Assembly: GCA_963827605.1 (NCBI GenBank)
Contig: CAWHBK010000002.1
Coordinates: forward strand, 608,151 to 672,150
Origin: an uncultured Chloroflexia bacterium
GTDB taxonomy: Bacteria; Chloroflexota; Anaerolineae; Anaerolineales; Anaerolineaceae
Direction: 5' to 3'
Length of the DNA: 64,000 bases
The notes beneath the pieces were generated by a model, which made no database searches, had not been told where the DNA came from, and saw nothing but the letters and a program-made list of their open reading frames with translations. The position numbers were made by a program, and so were the translations under genes. Position 1 is the first letter of the stretch; each line of letters begins with the position of its first letter. Below are positions 9,874 through 19,953 of the stretch, piece after piece.

Positions 9874-10755
9874 TTATTCGGTGACTTCCTGCTTCGCGGT
9901 TATCTCACCCTGTTCATTCAGCATTTTTAGAAAGGCATCCACAATGGCCGGGTCGAAATGCTCCCCCGCCTGGCTGCGCAGATACTCGGCGGCTACCTCA
10001 GGCGGGTCGGCTTTGCGGTAGGTGCGGTCGTCTGAGGTGAAGGCATCCCAGACGTCAACGATGGAAAAGATGCGCGCATACAAAGGAATTTTCTCACCGG
10101 CCAGGCCAAAGGGGTAGCCGGTGCCGTCCCATTTTTCGTGATGGCAAAGCAGAATATCCATGGCCGGCCGTAAGAATTCAATCTCCGAAACCATCTCAAA
10201 GCCAAACAACGGGTGACGGCGGACTAACGCGCGCTCTTCTTCGCTCAGGTCACCGTCTTTCAAAATCACAGAATCGGAGATAGCCATTTTTCCGATGTCA
10301 TGCAGCAGCGCTCCGCGGCGGATATGCGCCATGTCCGCTTCAGGGATGCCCATATAGCGCGCCAGGCGCAGGGTCATGTCGGTTACCCGGCGGCTGTGAT
10401 TTTTGACTTCGCGGTTACGCATCTCCAGCACGCGCGACCAGCCAAAAATGGTCCGGTCGTATGCGTCCAGCAGTTCTTCGTTTTTAAAACGGAGCTGGTC
10501 AAGCAGGCGCTCTTTTTCCTGCAAATGTTCCTGGTAAATCGTCTCACTCCGTTTTAACTCGCGATATAAATTCCAAAACAAAAGCAGCGCGCTGATCAAA
10601 ACAAACAGCAAGCCTTTGATGGTTTCAATCTCCCTGGGTATCCCGTAGGACACCTCTAGAAAATTCGCCAGCCTGTCTGTTAAATAGATCCACAGCGCTG
10701 AAAAAATCAAATAAAGGATAACAACCCGAAAAATAGAGCGAATATTCCGTGACAT
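9874..10755 (-). CDS. HD-GYP domain protein (putative c-di-GMP phosphodiesterase) with N-terminal membrane segment
   Basis: 293-aa ORF with LLHDIGK and HHEKWDGTGYP motifs. The N-terminus has two hydrophobic helices. Confidence 0.85.
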   Translation of the reverse strand: MSRNIRSIFRVVILYLIFSALWIYLTDRLANFLEVSYGIPREIETIKGLLFVLISALLLFWNLYRELKRSETIYQEHLQEKERLLDQLRFKNEELLDAYDRTIFGWSRVLEMRNREVKNHSRRVTDMTLRLARYMGIPEADMAHIRRGALLHDIGKMAISDSVILKDGDLSEEERALVRRHPLFGFEMVSEIEFLRPAMDILLCHHEKWDGTGYPFGLAGEKIPLYARIFSIVDVWDAFTSDDRTYRKADPPEVAAEYLRSQAGEHFDPAIVDAFLKMLNEQGEITAKQEVTE

Positions 10756-10877
10756 AACGATACTAGCTGGTATTGTATCACTGTGAGGCGGTATCGTATA
10801 TAAATTTCATCAAAATAAACGGAACAAAAAAACCAAGCCATTAACGGGCGACCACGCGCCAGACAGGAATTACAGGA

Positions 10878-12959
10878 TTATTTCTTCAATAGCCGCGATG
10901 AATTAAATAGAATGGCGACATCGGGGATGGACTGGGCAGCGGCGGCCAGGATGGGCGGCAAGAAACCAAAGGCGGCCAGGGACAGGCCAAGGATGTTGTA
11001 AAGCGTGGTAAAAGCGATATTTCCCTTGACGACCCGCATGGTACGGCGAGCAATCGCGAACAACTGCGGGACGAGCAGCCAATCATCGCGCAGCAGGACC
11101 ACGTGGGCCGCCTCGAAAGCCACGTGCGACCCAGCAGCGCCCATGGCGATACCCACATCAGCCTGCGCCAGAGCCGGAGCGTCGTTGACGCCGTCACCGA
11201 CCATGGCGACCCGGTAGCCTTTGGCCTGGTAGTCCTTGACGATGGCAATCTTATCTTCGGGGAGCAGGTTGGCGCGGAAATCGATCCCCAACGGCCCGGC
11301 CAGGGCAGCAGCGGCGTGTTCATTGTCACCGGTCAGCAGCTCGATGCGCCGGATGCCGACCGCGCGCAGTTGTTTGAATGCTTCGGGGACTTCCTCGCGC
11401 AGGTTATCGGCGGCAGCCAGGACGCCAATAGCCTCACCATCGCGGGAAACCCATAACAGGCTCTTGCCCTCATTCAACAGGCGGGCCTCGATGGTTTGGG
11501 CCAGCTCCGCGGCAACCATGCGCCCGCTGCCCACCATGATGGTCTGGCCTTTCAACGCGGCGACTACGCCCAGGCCAGGTACAGAGGTGAAGTGCTCCGG
11601 GTCGAGAAGCTCCAGGTTCTGGCGGCGCGCGGCGGAACGAGTTGCTTCGGCCAGGGGGTGTTCGGAGTAACGTTCAGCGGAGGCGGCCAGGCGGAGCAGC
11701 TCCGCGGAAGATAGATCCCCCAGCGGGATGGCTTCATCGATCCTGGGCCGGCCCAGGGTGAGCGTACCGGTTTTATCGACCAGTAACAGGTCGATTTTGT
11801 CGAGGGCTTCAATATACTTCCCGCCCTTGATCAACAGGCCGCGGCGAGCACCGGCCCCGATCGAGGCCAGCATGGCGATGGGCGTGGCCAGGGCAAAGGA
11901 ACACGAGCAAGCCACTACCAGCACAGCGGCCGTGGCCAGCGCATCGCGGCGCAGGAGAAAAGTCAACAGCGCAACGCCAGCCACCACAGGCAGGTAAAAG
12001 GCGGAAAATTTGTCCGCCACGCGCTGGACGCTGCCGCGGTGGGCTTCGGCCTCTTCCACCATTTGGATGACCCGGCCAAAGGTTGTGTCGCGCCCGGTGG
12101 CGTTGGTGGTCACGCGCAAGCTGCCCAGCTCGGCAATGGTGACCGCGTAGACCCTGGAACCGGATGCGACATCCACCGGCATCGCTTCACCGGTGAGGGT
12201 GGCCTGGTTGATGGTTGCGTGTCCAGATAACACCACCCCATCCACCGGGATCTGCTCGCCCGGGCGGACGATGACCACCTCACCAACCTGGATATCCCCC
12301 ACCGGCAGTTCGCACTCCTGCCCTTCCCGTTCCACGCGCGCGGTCTGTGGGGAAAGCTCGGTCAGGTTCTTGACCGCCTTGCGGGCGCGCTCGGTGGTGA
12401 TGCGTTCGGCGTAATCGCCTACGCGCATAAAAAAGACGACTATCGCGGCGGTAATCCACTGGCCCACCACAATCGCGGCGATGACACCCACGCTCATCAG
12501 GGTGTGTGAAATCACCTGCCGCTTGAGGGCCGCGCGGATAACGTTGATAAAAACCGGGTAGCCGCCGATCAGAACAACCACCAGACCGGCCCACCAGGGG
12601 ATGAGCGGGGTCACGCGCTCGAACAACCCCAACCCCTCCCCGATCACGGCGACAAACAAAACGGCGCCAAAGACCAGCCCAAACAGGGTCAGTATGGGGC
12701 GGGTAAAATCCGCCAGCGTGCGGTGGGCGGACAGTTGGGCATCCTCCGGGACGGAGTAGCCGGCCGCGGCGACAGCCTTGCGCATGGCCGGCAGATCCAC
12801 CTGTTCGGGGTCGGTTTGCAGCACGGCTTTCTCAGCGGCCAGAAAAACTTCCACCGAGGTGACGCCGGGCAGCGCGGCAAGCGCGTGGCGGACGTGGTCA
12901 GTACATTCGGCACAATCCATGCCTTTGACCGGTATCTCAACCGTCCGAAGATTACTCAT
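10878..12959 (-). CDS. P1B-type heavy-metal-translocating ATPase with atypical CSC transmembrane motif
   Basis: HMA domain GMDCAEC, TGE, DKTGTLT, SEHP and GDGVNDAPAL motifs are present. Start chosen at MSNLRTVEIPV (12959), because the longer ORF (to 13385) overlaps the GH78 gene. Confidence 0.9.
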   Translation of the reverse strand: MSNLRTVEIPVKGMDCAECTDHVRHALAALPGVTSVEVFLAAEKAVLQTDPEQVDLPAMRKAVAAAGYSVPEDAQLSAHRTLADFTRPILTLFGLVFGAVLFVAVIGEGLGLFERVTPLIPWWAGLVVVLIGGYPVFINVIRAALKRQVISHTLMSVGVIAAIVVGQWITAAIVVFFMRVGDYAERITTERARKAVKNLTELSPQTARVEREGQECELPVGDIQVGEVVIVRPGEQIPVDGVVLSGHATINQATLTGEAMPVDVASGSRVYAVTIAELGSLRVTTNATGRDTTFGRVIQMVEEAEAHRGSVQRVADKFSAFYLPVVAGVALLTFLLRRDALATAAVLVVACSCSFALATPIAMLASIGAGARRGLLIKGGKYIEALDKIDLLLVDKTGTLTLGRPRIDEAIPLGDLSSAELLRLAASAERYSEHPLAEATRSAARRQNLELLDPEHFTSVPGLGVVAALKGQTIMVGSGRMVAAELAQTIEARLLNEGKSLLWVSRDGEAIGVLAAADNLREEVPEAFKQLRAVGIRRIELLTGDNEHAAAALAGPLGIDFRANLLPEDKIAIVKDYQAKGYRVAMVGDGVNDAPALAQADVGIAMGAAGSHVAFEAAHVVLLRDDWLLVPQLFAIARRTMRVVKGNIAFTTLYNILGLSLAAFGFLPPILAAAAQSIPDVAILFNSSRLLKK

Positions 12960-15613
12960 ACTCTCCCTAATGATAACGCACATTCGAAGCGCCAGGTCCC
13001 TGAACCCACCGGGATGACCATCCCGCCTGTGCGCTGCTGGACAAAGCGCAGGCCCGCCTCTTCCAGCGAAGACCCATCCACGCGGACCGAGCCGGGGCGC
13101 AGCCTGGGCAAATAGACCCAACCGGTCGTATTGGCAGGCAGGCTGACTTCCAGATGGAAGCTGCTGCCCTGGTGCTGCCAGGCAGAGCGAATGGGGCCGT
13201 ATGGGCCAATATGCTCGGCCTGGACCCATTCTAACCCTTCCGCCAGGTACGGGCGAATGAGCACGCGTTTGAAACCGGGCTGGTCCGGGTCGGGGCGGAT
13301 GCCGGCCAGGTACTTGTAAAACCAGGTGCTGATATCGCCAAACATGATGTGGTTGCGCGAGGCCGCTCCATCCCAGGTTTCCCACAAGGTTGTGGCGCCC
13401 TGATCAAGCCACCAGGCCCAACCGGGATACTGGGGCTGGGTAATCAGGTGATAGGCTGCGGCGTGGAACCCATTCTCGGCCAGGGCGATCAGGACCGCCT
13501 TGGCGCCGTGGATGCCGGCGTTGATGCGGCCCTTCTGCTGGCGTACTTCGGCGACGAGCTGGCGCGCAGCGCGCTGGCGTTCCTCGGGTTGGGTTAGCCC
13601 GGCGTACAGGGCCATGCTTTGGGAGGTCTGCGAGCCGCCCGCATACAACGCGCTGACCGGGTCATAATACAACTTATTGAAGCGCTGCGCAAGGGCTTCC
13701 GCCCAGGCCGCGTAGCGCTGCGCATCTTCGGGATGGCCCAATAATTGGGCAATCTGGCTGCCGGTGCAGGCATCCATATAAAAGTAGGCGCTGGAGAGCA
13801 GGGTCAGCGGGGCAGTGTAATCTTCTGGTCGGCCGTAAGGAGGCACCCAATCGCCCAGGCCAAGGGCCAGCAGATTGCCTCCCTGGGATTTTTCACCCAG
13901 GTATTCCAGGTAACGGCGGATCATCGGGTAGCAACGCGCCAGAATGGCCTGATCGCCGCGATACAGGTACATGTACCAGGGGATCAGGATCGCGGCGCTG
14001 TCCCAACATGGACCGTTGCCCCATTCGTAACCCCATCCGCTGGTGGGGACGATGCCGGGCAGCGCGCCATCCTCACGCTGCTCATCGGCCAGGTCGTCCA
14101 ACCATTTCCAATAGGCCGTCCCGGCGTTGAAGTTGTACAGCCCGGCTTCCGCCGCCAGGTGCGCGTCGCCGGTCCAGCCGTTCTTCTCGCGCTGCGGGCA
14201 GTCGGTGGGATAACCGACAAAATTGCTCAGGTAGGACCATTCGGTGCAGGCCTGCAAGCGGTTGACCACCGCGTTGGAACAGGTGAATGAACCGGCGCGC
14301 TCAAAATCGGTGTTTACCGCGCGGCCTTCCAGATCATCCAGGGTGAGTGCTGCGGGCGCACCGGATACTTCAACATATTGGAAACCGTGATAGGTGAAGC
14401 GCGGCTCGTATTCTTCTACACCCGCGCCTTTGAGGATGTAACGGTCAACCTGCACCTCGCCCTGCTGCGGGTAAACCAGCGAATTGATATTGGATTGGTC
14501 GACCGCGCCATCCGGGGTGAGCAGCTCTCCGTACCGCAGGATAACCTCGGTACCGGCGGGACCTGAAACGCGCAGGCGCGCCCAACCGGAAAAATTCTGG
14601 CCGAGGTCGAAGACGGTCGAACCACTGGGGGTCTGCCACTGCTTTACGGGGTGCAGCGTGCGGGTAACGCGAGCGGGTGGCAGGCTCTGTGCGACCAGCT
14701 TGCCGCGCGGTGCATCCACAATCCGCGCCGGGAGCCAGGCCGAGTCATCATACGCAGGGGTGTCCCACCCGGGCAGTTCCAGGCGCGCATCGTAGGTTTC
14801 ACCCAGGCGGGTGCCATCCAGGCGGATGGGACCATGAGCGGTTTTCCAGCTCGCGTCGCTGGTGATGACACGCTCGCTGCCGTCTTCCAGCTCGATATGG
14901 GCCTGGAAGAGCAGGCGCGGCGAAGCGCGCCAGGGGCTTTTCTCGAAATACCAGGCATCCGGGGCGGCCTGGTTATACAGGCCGTTGCCAAGGATCACGC
15001 CAAACACATTCTCGCCCGCGTGCAGCAGGGCGGTTACATCATAGGTTACATACAGCGCGCGCCGGTCGAAGCGTGTAAAAGCCGGAGAAAGCACCGCGTC
15101 CCCCACTTTCGCGCCGTTGAGATACAGCTCGTGGTAGCCCAACCCGCAAAGGGTCACCCGCGCCTGTCGAACGGCAGGGAGAGTCACCGGTTTTCGGAAG
15201 AAAGGCGCCGGGCAGGTTTCGGCGCCGGAAGCCGCGGGATGCGCGATCCACTGCGCATGCCAATCCTCCGGCTGGAGCAGACCGGTCTCGAACCAGGCCG
15301 GTTGGCTCCACTGGCTCTCCACGCCGTCCTGATCCCAGGCCATCACCTGCCAGAAATAGCGCCGGCGGGCTGCCAGGGCCTGCCCGGCATAACCGACCTG
15401 CACGGATTGGGCGGATTCGACGCGCCCCGAATCCCACACGTCCCCGGCCCGCTGCTGGAGAAGCGAAAGCGTGCTGGCAACCAGCACGCGGTAGGCGGTT
15501 TGCGACTGGGCGCGGCTGGTCGATTCGAGCTGCCAGGAAAAGAGCGGCGGCAGGGCATCGATGCCCAAAGGATCGGTTTGATCGTTACAAGTTAAATGGG
15601 AAATGGAGATCAT
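12956..15613 (-). CDS. Alpha-L-rhamnosidase (glycoside hydrolase family 78)
   Basis: ORF 12956..15709, with start taken at MISISHLTCNDQTDPLGID (15613). Length and N-terminal motifs are typical of the Bac_rhamnosid family. Its stop overlaps the ATPase start (ATGA). Confidence 0.85.
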   Translation of the reverse strand: MISISHLTCNDQTDPLGIDALPPLFSWQLESTSRAQSQTAYRVLVASTLSLLQQRAGDVWDSGRVESAQSVQVGYAGQALAARRRYFWQVMAWDQDGVESQWSQPAWFETGLLQPEDWHAQWIAHPAASGAETCPAPFFRKPVTLPAVRQARVTLCGLGYHELYLNGAKVGDAVLSPAFTRFDRRALYVTYDVTALLHAGENVFGVILGNGLYNQAAPDAWYFEKSPWRASPRLLFQAHIELEDGSERVITSDASWKTAHGPIRLDGTRLGETYDARLELPGWDTPAYDDSAWLPARIVDAPRGKLVAQSLPPARVTRTLHPVKQWQTPSGSTVFDLGQNFSGWARLRVSGPAGTEVILRYGELLTPDGAVDQSNINSLVYPQQGEVQVDRYILKGAGVEEYEPRFTYHGFQYVEVSGAPAALTLDDLEGRAVNTDFERAGSFTCSNAVVNRLQACTEWSYLSNFVGYPTDCPQREKNGWTGDAHLAAEAGLYNFNAGTAYWKWLDDLADEQREDGALPGIVPTSGWGYEWGNGPCWDSAAILIPWYMYLYRGDQAILARCYPMIRRYLEYLGEKSQGGNLLALGLGDWVPPYGRPEDYTAPLTLLSSAYFYMDACTGSQIAQLLGHPEDAQRYAAWAEALAQRFNKLYYDPVSALYAGGSQTSQSMALYAGLTQPEERQRAARQLVAEVRQQKGRINAGIHGAKAVLIALAENGFHAAAYHLITQPQYPGWAWWLDQGATTLWETWDGAASRNHIMFGDISTWFYKYLAGIRPDPDQPGFKRVLIRPYLAEGLEWVQAEHIGPYGPIRSAWQHQGSSFHLEVSLPANTTGWVYLPRLRPGSVRVDGSSLEEAGLRFVQQRTGGMVIPVGSGTWRFECALSLGRV

Positions 15614-15748
15614 AAGTGGGTACCTGGAAAGGAAGAAAGATGAAAGGGAACCTGGTAATTTTTGCACAAAATAACCATTCGAGCAAGCAAATCCAGGCGG
15701 GCCGGGCATGTAATGGAAGGAACATGCCGCGGCAGGTACGCAGATTGC

Positions 15749-16177
15749 CTAACTGCTCTGACGGGCGATGCCTCCATCCGCGCCACGGTCGGAGGGCCGC
15801 GGGTGGATTTCTTCCAGGGGCGCTTCTTCCAGAGCATCGGTGAGGATAGCCACCTGGACCAGCTGGGCCAGCGGATCGTCTTTGTGGATGGTCAGCGGGT
15901 TCGGGGTGGTATTGACCACTTTGATGAGAATTTCGCCCTGGTAGCCGGGATCGATGACGCCCGCGCCAAGCAGGAAGTCGCTGCCGCTTTTGGGTTTGGC
16001 CAGCAGCATAAACTGCGGCGGAATCGCAAAGGTCAGGCCGGTGTGGACGCGCGCCGCGGAAAAAGGCGGGATGGTGAGCGTTTCGTTGGCAAAGACATCC
16101 ACCCCGGCGTCCGTGGGGTGCTTGCGGGACGGGGGCCGGGCATTTGGGTCGAGCCGGGAAAAGCGTAGGGTGGACAT
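15749..16177 (-). CDS. dut: dUTP diphosphatase
   Basis: 142-aa ORF with the trimeric dUTPase motifs DAGVDV, KPKSG and GVIDPGYQGEI. Confidence 0.8.
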   Translation of the reverse strand: MSTLRFSRLDPNARPPSRKHPTDAGVDVFANETLTIPPFSAARVHTGLTFAIPPQFMLLAKPKSGSDFLLGAGVIDPGYQGEILIKVVNTTPNPLTIHKDDPLAQLVQVAILTDALEEAPLEEIHPRPSDRGADGGIARQSS

Positions 16178-16196
16178 GGCTGGGTTCCGTAGCGGT

Positions 16197-17786
16197 TTAC
16201 TGTTTGGAAAAAAAGTATCGTTTTAACAGCGCGGTCAGGTCAACCTGAGTGTGTTGATCCAGGAGGGTGAAGAAATCGCTGCTGAGGGCAACCTGCCCGG
16301 CATACTTCGCGGCGTAATCTTTAAGGAAGGCAAAGAAAGCCTGGTCTCCGATGGCTTTGCGCAAATCTTCAAAGAAGTGCGCCCCGTTCAGATACACGGC
16401 GTTGCGATAGTCCTGATAGGTCTGGAGGGTACCATTGGGATTGTATACGCTGGTATCCACCCAGCCCTGCGGGCGGTAGTAATTGATGCGGTAATACCAC
16501 CACCACTCCAGCGCGGGCGGGTCATAGCGCTCGTAGTACAGGCGCTCGGCATAGGTGCAAAGCGCCTCATCCAGCCAGGGCTCGTTGGCCTGGTCATTGC
16601 CGATCAGGGCAAACCACCACTGGTGCGCCGTTTCGTGCGCGGTGATGGCGACCAGGTACTCCCCTGGCTGGCCAGAATAATTGTTATAGAAAGCCCGGCT
16701 GACGAAGAACAGCCCATCATACTCCATGCCATCAAAAAAATCGGCCTCGACCACTGCCAGGGTGGTGTGCGGGTAGGGGCCAAACAATTCCTGGTACAGC
16801 TTGAGGGCCTCGACGGTGGTTTGCAAGGCGCGCTTGCCCGCCTTGGTATTTAGAACGAAGTAATAACTGGTAACGGTGACATCCCCAACCTTTGCGGATT
16901 CGGCCGTATATTCGTGGCCGATGGAAAGCGCAAAACTGCGCACATCCGTCATGCGGTAGCGCAGCCATTCGCCATCCTTTTGGACCGGGGCGCTGGCGGC
17001 AACCACCAGGTCTTTGCGCGGATCGGTCAGGCGCAGGTTGACCTCGAAATCGGCCATGTCGTAGACCAGGTGCTCGCCGTAATAGCTGGGGGGATGGGCC
17101 AGCCAGCCGCTGCCATTGCGGTAAGGGGGGATAAACGGGTACCAATCCACCAGGTTCGCCTGGCGCGAGGTATAGCCAACCGGCAGGGGCCGCTCGCTGT
17201 CCAGGCTGGATTGGGATGGCAGGTGAAACTCATACGTCATCTTTAACCCGGTGCTCTGCCCTGGCAAGAGCGGCTGCTGCAAGGGGATGCGCACCTGGAT
17301 ATTATCCCAGCTCGCGTCTTCGATTTTCTGCCCATCCTGTCCCCACAGGCCGGTGATCGAGAATAGGTCTTTATAGGCAAACAGCTCGACCATCAGGCGC
17401 AGCTCAGTGAGCGTATCGCCTGAACGGTTGGTATATGCAATCTCTTCGGTTACTTTCCCGAAGCGCTCCGCGTAAGTAAACTCGACGTCCAGCTTGTAAC
17501 GCGTATGCGCCTGTAACAGCGCCGTATCCGGCGAGCCAGGCACAGCGGAGGGCGCCGGGGTCTGGGTGGGCAGCGGGGTGAAAGTGGGGGTGGGTTGAAC
17601 CTGGTGGGTTGCAGATGGTTCTAGTGTGCGCGCTACCAGCGTTGCTATCGCAGCTTTCACAGCAACTTCGTTGGCTGCCTGGAGATCGTTTTGGTCAGGC
17701 GCCTGAACAGTCGCCTGGGCCGGCGGCGTGCAGGCAGAAAACAAGCTGAGCAGCAGGAGTACTATGGGGAAGAGGCGAAAGCGCAT
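16197..17786 (-). CDS. M1-family (gluzincin) metallopeptidase, predicted lipoprotein
   Basis: 529-aa ORF with HETAHQWWF followed by WLDEAL (HExxH-x18-E). The N-terminal signal ends in a lipobox, LFSAC. Confidence 0.8.
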   Translation of the reverse strand: MRFRLFPIVLLLLSLFSACTPPAQATVQAPDQNDLQAANEVAVKAAIATLVARTLEPSATHQVQPTPTFTPLPTQTPAPSAVPGSPDTALLQAHTRYKLDVEFTYAERFGKVTEEIAYTNRSGDTLTELRLMVELFAYKDLFSITGLWGQDGQKIEDASWDNIQVRIPLQQPLLPGQSTGLKMTYEFHLPSQSSLDSERPLPVGYTSRQANLVDWYPFIPPYRNGSGWLAHPPSYYGEHLVYDMADFEVNLRLTDPRKDLVVAASAPVQKDGEWLRYRMTDVRSFALSIGHEYTAESAKVGDVTVTSYYFVLNTKAGKRALQTTVEALKLYQELFGPYPHTTLAVVEADFFDGMEYDGLFFVSRAFYNNYSGQPGEYLVAITAHETAHQWWFALIGNDQANEPWLDEALCTYAERLYYERYDPPALEWWWYYRINYYRPQGWVDTSVYNPNGTLQTYQDYRNAVYLNGAHFFEDLRKAIGDQAFFAFLKDYAAKYAGQVALSSDFFTLLDQHTQVDLTALLKRYFFSKQ

Positions 17787-18141
17787 GCAGGCAATGTTAC
17801 CACTTAATGCGGGGGCGGATGTTTCGCAATCTGGAGGATGAGGGCTTTTTTCAATGTGAAGCAGGGTAGTCTTGTAGGGCGTTTGCTTTTGCGTGACTGG
17901 GCGATATGTGGACAGTTATACGACCTTACAATTTTTGCATAGTTGAAGCAAAATGACACCGAAAAGCTGTTTATAGGGTTTAATTAAGCAAGATTGTGAA
18001 TTTTATTGCGATCTGTAAAAAGCAACTCGCGCATTCGCCAATCCGTATGGCACGATTATTGATGTAATCATTTTGCTCGGGTGCCGCTTCTTGAAATGAA
18101 AAACGAAACCGTCCAACGATTACATCTATTAAGGTTAGCGA

Positions 18142-19035
18142 ATGTTTCAAAATGTATGGTATCAAATGGGTCGGGGAATCGTCGACCTTTATGTACGGCG
18201 CGTGATGCGCGCGGATATTCACCAACCTGCGCCCATGCCCAAAGGGGCAAAGATTTTTGTAGTGAACCACCCCTGCACCAACGACCCGGCCTTTGTGACG
18301 ATATTGACCAAAGAACAAACCACAATCCTGATTAAAGAGACCCTGTTTAAAGTGCCGCTGTTTGGCCGGTCGCTGCGCATGGCCGGGCACGTGCCGGTGG
18401 TCGCCGGGAAAGGGCAGGCCGCCCTGGAAGCCGGGATTCGCCTGGTGAAGGCGGGCAGAACGGTGGTGGTCTTTCCGGAAGGGGAAATCAGCCCAGAAAA
18501 CGGTTTCCACAAAGCGCACAGCGGAGCTGCCCGGCTGGCCCTGGCGACCGGGGCTCCGGTTATTCCGATTGGGATCAGCCTGAACCACAAGCGACTGCAC
18601 CAGATCCACACCATGGTGGATGGGGAACGAGAATTGGGCTGCTGGTATCTCCGCGGTCCCTACGCCATAACGGTAGGAGATCCGATTACTTTCCAGGGCA
18701 GCGCGGACGACCGGTCGCAGGTGCACGCGGTAACGGACCAGATCATGCAGCAGGTCGGCGTACTCTGCCAGCAAAGCCAGCAGCGCCTGGCCCAACGCGC
18801 ATACCAGCAGCAGCGGGCGCAGCTGCCGCAGCCAGACAAAAAACAAGCCCTCCGCCTGGGAACTGGCGCCCGCCGGGTGCTTGGTACCCCAAAGGCAGCC
18901 GCGAAAGTAGCCTGGCGCGGTACCTGGCAGGCCCTACAGCAGTCAACGCGTGTGGTGATGCGATCGCCGTTGTTCAAGACGGTGGAATCGGGGCTGGTGG
19001 TCTTCCTGATGTACGCGCGCCATTTATATCACTAA
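18142..19035 (+). CDS. Lysophospholipid (1-acyl-sn-glycerol-3-phosphate) acyltransferase family protein
   Basis: 297-aa ORF with NHPCTNDP (NHxxxxD) and VFPEGE motifs of the PlsC family. Confidence 0.7.
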   Translation: MFQNVWYQMGRGIVDLYVRRVMRADIHQPAPMPKGAKIFVVNHPCTNDPAFVTILTKEQTTILIKETLFKVPLFGRSLRMAGHVPVVAGKGQAALEAGIRLVKAGRTVVVFPEGEISPENGFHKAHSGAARLALATGAPVIPIGISLNHKRLHQIHTMVDGERELGCWYLRGPYAITVGDPITFQGSADDRSQVHAVTDQIMQQVGVLCQQSQQRLAQRAYQQQRAQLPQPDKKQALRLGTGARRVLGTPKAAAKVAWRGTWQALQQSTRVVMRSPLFKTVESGLVVFLMYARHLYH

Positions 19036-19069
19036 AAATTGGCTGCAGGCTGCAAGCATGGCTAAAATG

Positions 19070-19114
19070 ACAAAGAGGGTTTTGGCACGTTTTGCATGCC
19101 AAAACCCTCTTTGT
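19070..19114 (+). terminator. Hairpin terminator candidate after the acyltransferase gene
   Basis: acaaagagggttttggca (19070-19087) pairs with tgccaaaaccctctttgt (19097-19114). Confidence 0.5.
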
Positions 19115-19391
19115 GTCATTAAACGCACCCGGCCAGGACACTTGCCCCCTGGGCGCCTGGCCGTGGCGAGAGCGGATATTAGATGACCTCAACCACCGCG
19201 AAAATTTTTTATGGGCTGGGCTCCCGGTGGCAGGGAATGGGTCCGCTCAAAGGATAATAATCCTTGGTGACTGTGATTCTACTCGGATGGGATAGAATAA
19301 ACAGACGGCCTGTCCCCCGCCAGGCATGGGGGAATCCCCTACCCTATTCTACTGGGGAGTCTTCCGGATACTATTTGCGAAAGGATCATCC

Positions 19392-19880
19392 ATGAGCCGT
19401 CACCGATTTTATGGGGATGCCGACCGTTTTGAGGTCCTGGCCGACTATATCGCCGAGCGCTACTGGGGACGGGTACATTATATCGCCGACGTGGCGGGCG
19501 GGCAGGGCATGCTGGCGCGCATCCTGACCAAGAAGTATCACTTTACCTGCGAAGTGATCGACCCGCGCGGTTGGGTTTTGAAAGGCGTCCAGAACCGGGC
19601 GGCAGAATTTGACCCGGCGTTCGCCCATTACTATGACCTGATTGTAGGGCTGCATTGCGACGAAGCCTTGCGCGAGGTGGCGGCTTGCGCGCTGGTGCGC
19701 CCGGTGGTGCTGGTGCCCTGCTGCAATTTCTGGAGCGAAGAAAAGCTTGGGCAGTTCGAGCTGCTGGCGGCGATCGAAGATTTTTATCGCAGTCAGGATA
19801 TCGCTTTCGAGCGGGTACAGTTTGGTTTTAAGGGGCCCAAGAACATTGGATTGGTGTCCGAACCGCCGGCTCCGGTTTGA
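19392..19880 (+). CDS. Hypothetical protein, possible SAM-dependent methyltransferase fold
   Basis: ORF 19326..19880, with start at MSRHRFYGD (19392). VADVAGGQGMLARIL resembles methyltransferase motif I. Confidence 0.4.
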   Translation: MSRHRFYGDADRFEVLADYIAERYWGRVHYIADVAGGQGMLARILTKKYHFTCEVIDPRGWVLKGVQNRAAEFDPAFAHYYDLIVGLHCDEALREVAACALVRPVVLVPCCNFWSEEKLGQFELLAAIEDFYRSQDIAFERVQFGFKGPKNIGLVSEPPAPV

Positions 19881-19953
19881 TTTCAAAACTTCAAGTCATT
19901 ATAATGAGCGACAGCGTTTTATTTTTGGGATTTCGATCATTGGGAAGGGACGT

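Noticed and set aside
12960-13385. N-terminal 142-aa extension of the ATPase ORF (track start 13385)
   Set aside because: The extension overlaps the 3-prime end of the GH78 gene in another frame and is low-complexity. The HMA domain starts right after Met at 12959, which forms an ATGA overlap with the GH78 stop.
14651-15595. 314-aa plus-strand ORF inside the GH78 gene, plus similar antisense ORFs at 13745..14290, 30214..31149, 37780..38562, 43233..43982, 56509..57486 and 61661..62800
   Set aside because: All lie opposite long ORFs with strong family signatures. All have the Arg/Gly/Ala/Pro-biased composition expected of the non-coding frames of GC-rich genes.
17787-18141. 355-bp AT-rich divergent intergenic region as a possible ncRNA or tRNA locus
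   Set aside because: No cloverleaf-compatible segments or conserved ncRNA motifs were recognisable. It is most simply two divergent promoter regions.
17980-18846. 288-aa ORF on the minus strand overlapping the acyltransferase gene
   Set aside because: It is antisense to a gene with clear PlsC motifs. Its product is Arg/Pro/Gly-rich low-complexity sequence typical of shadow ORFs in GC-rich DNA.
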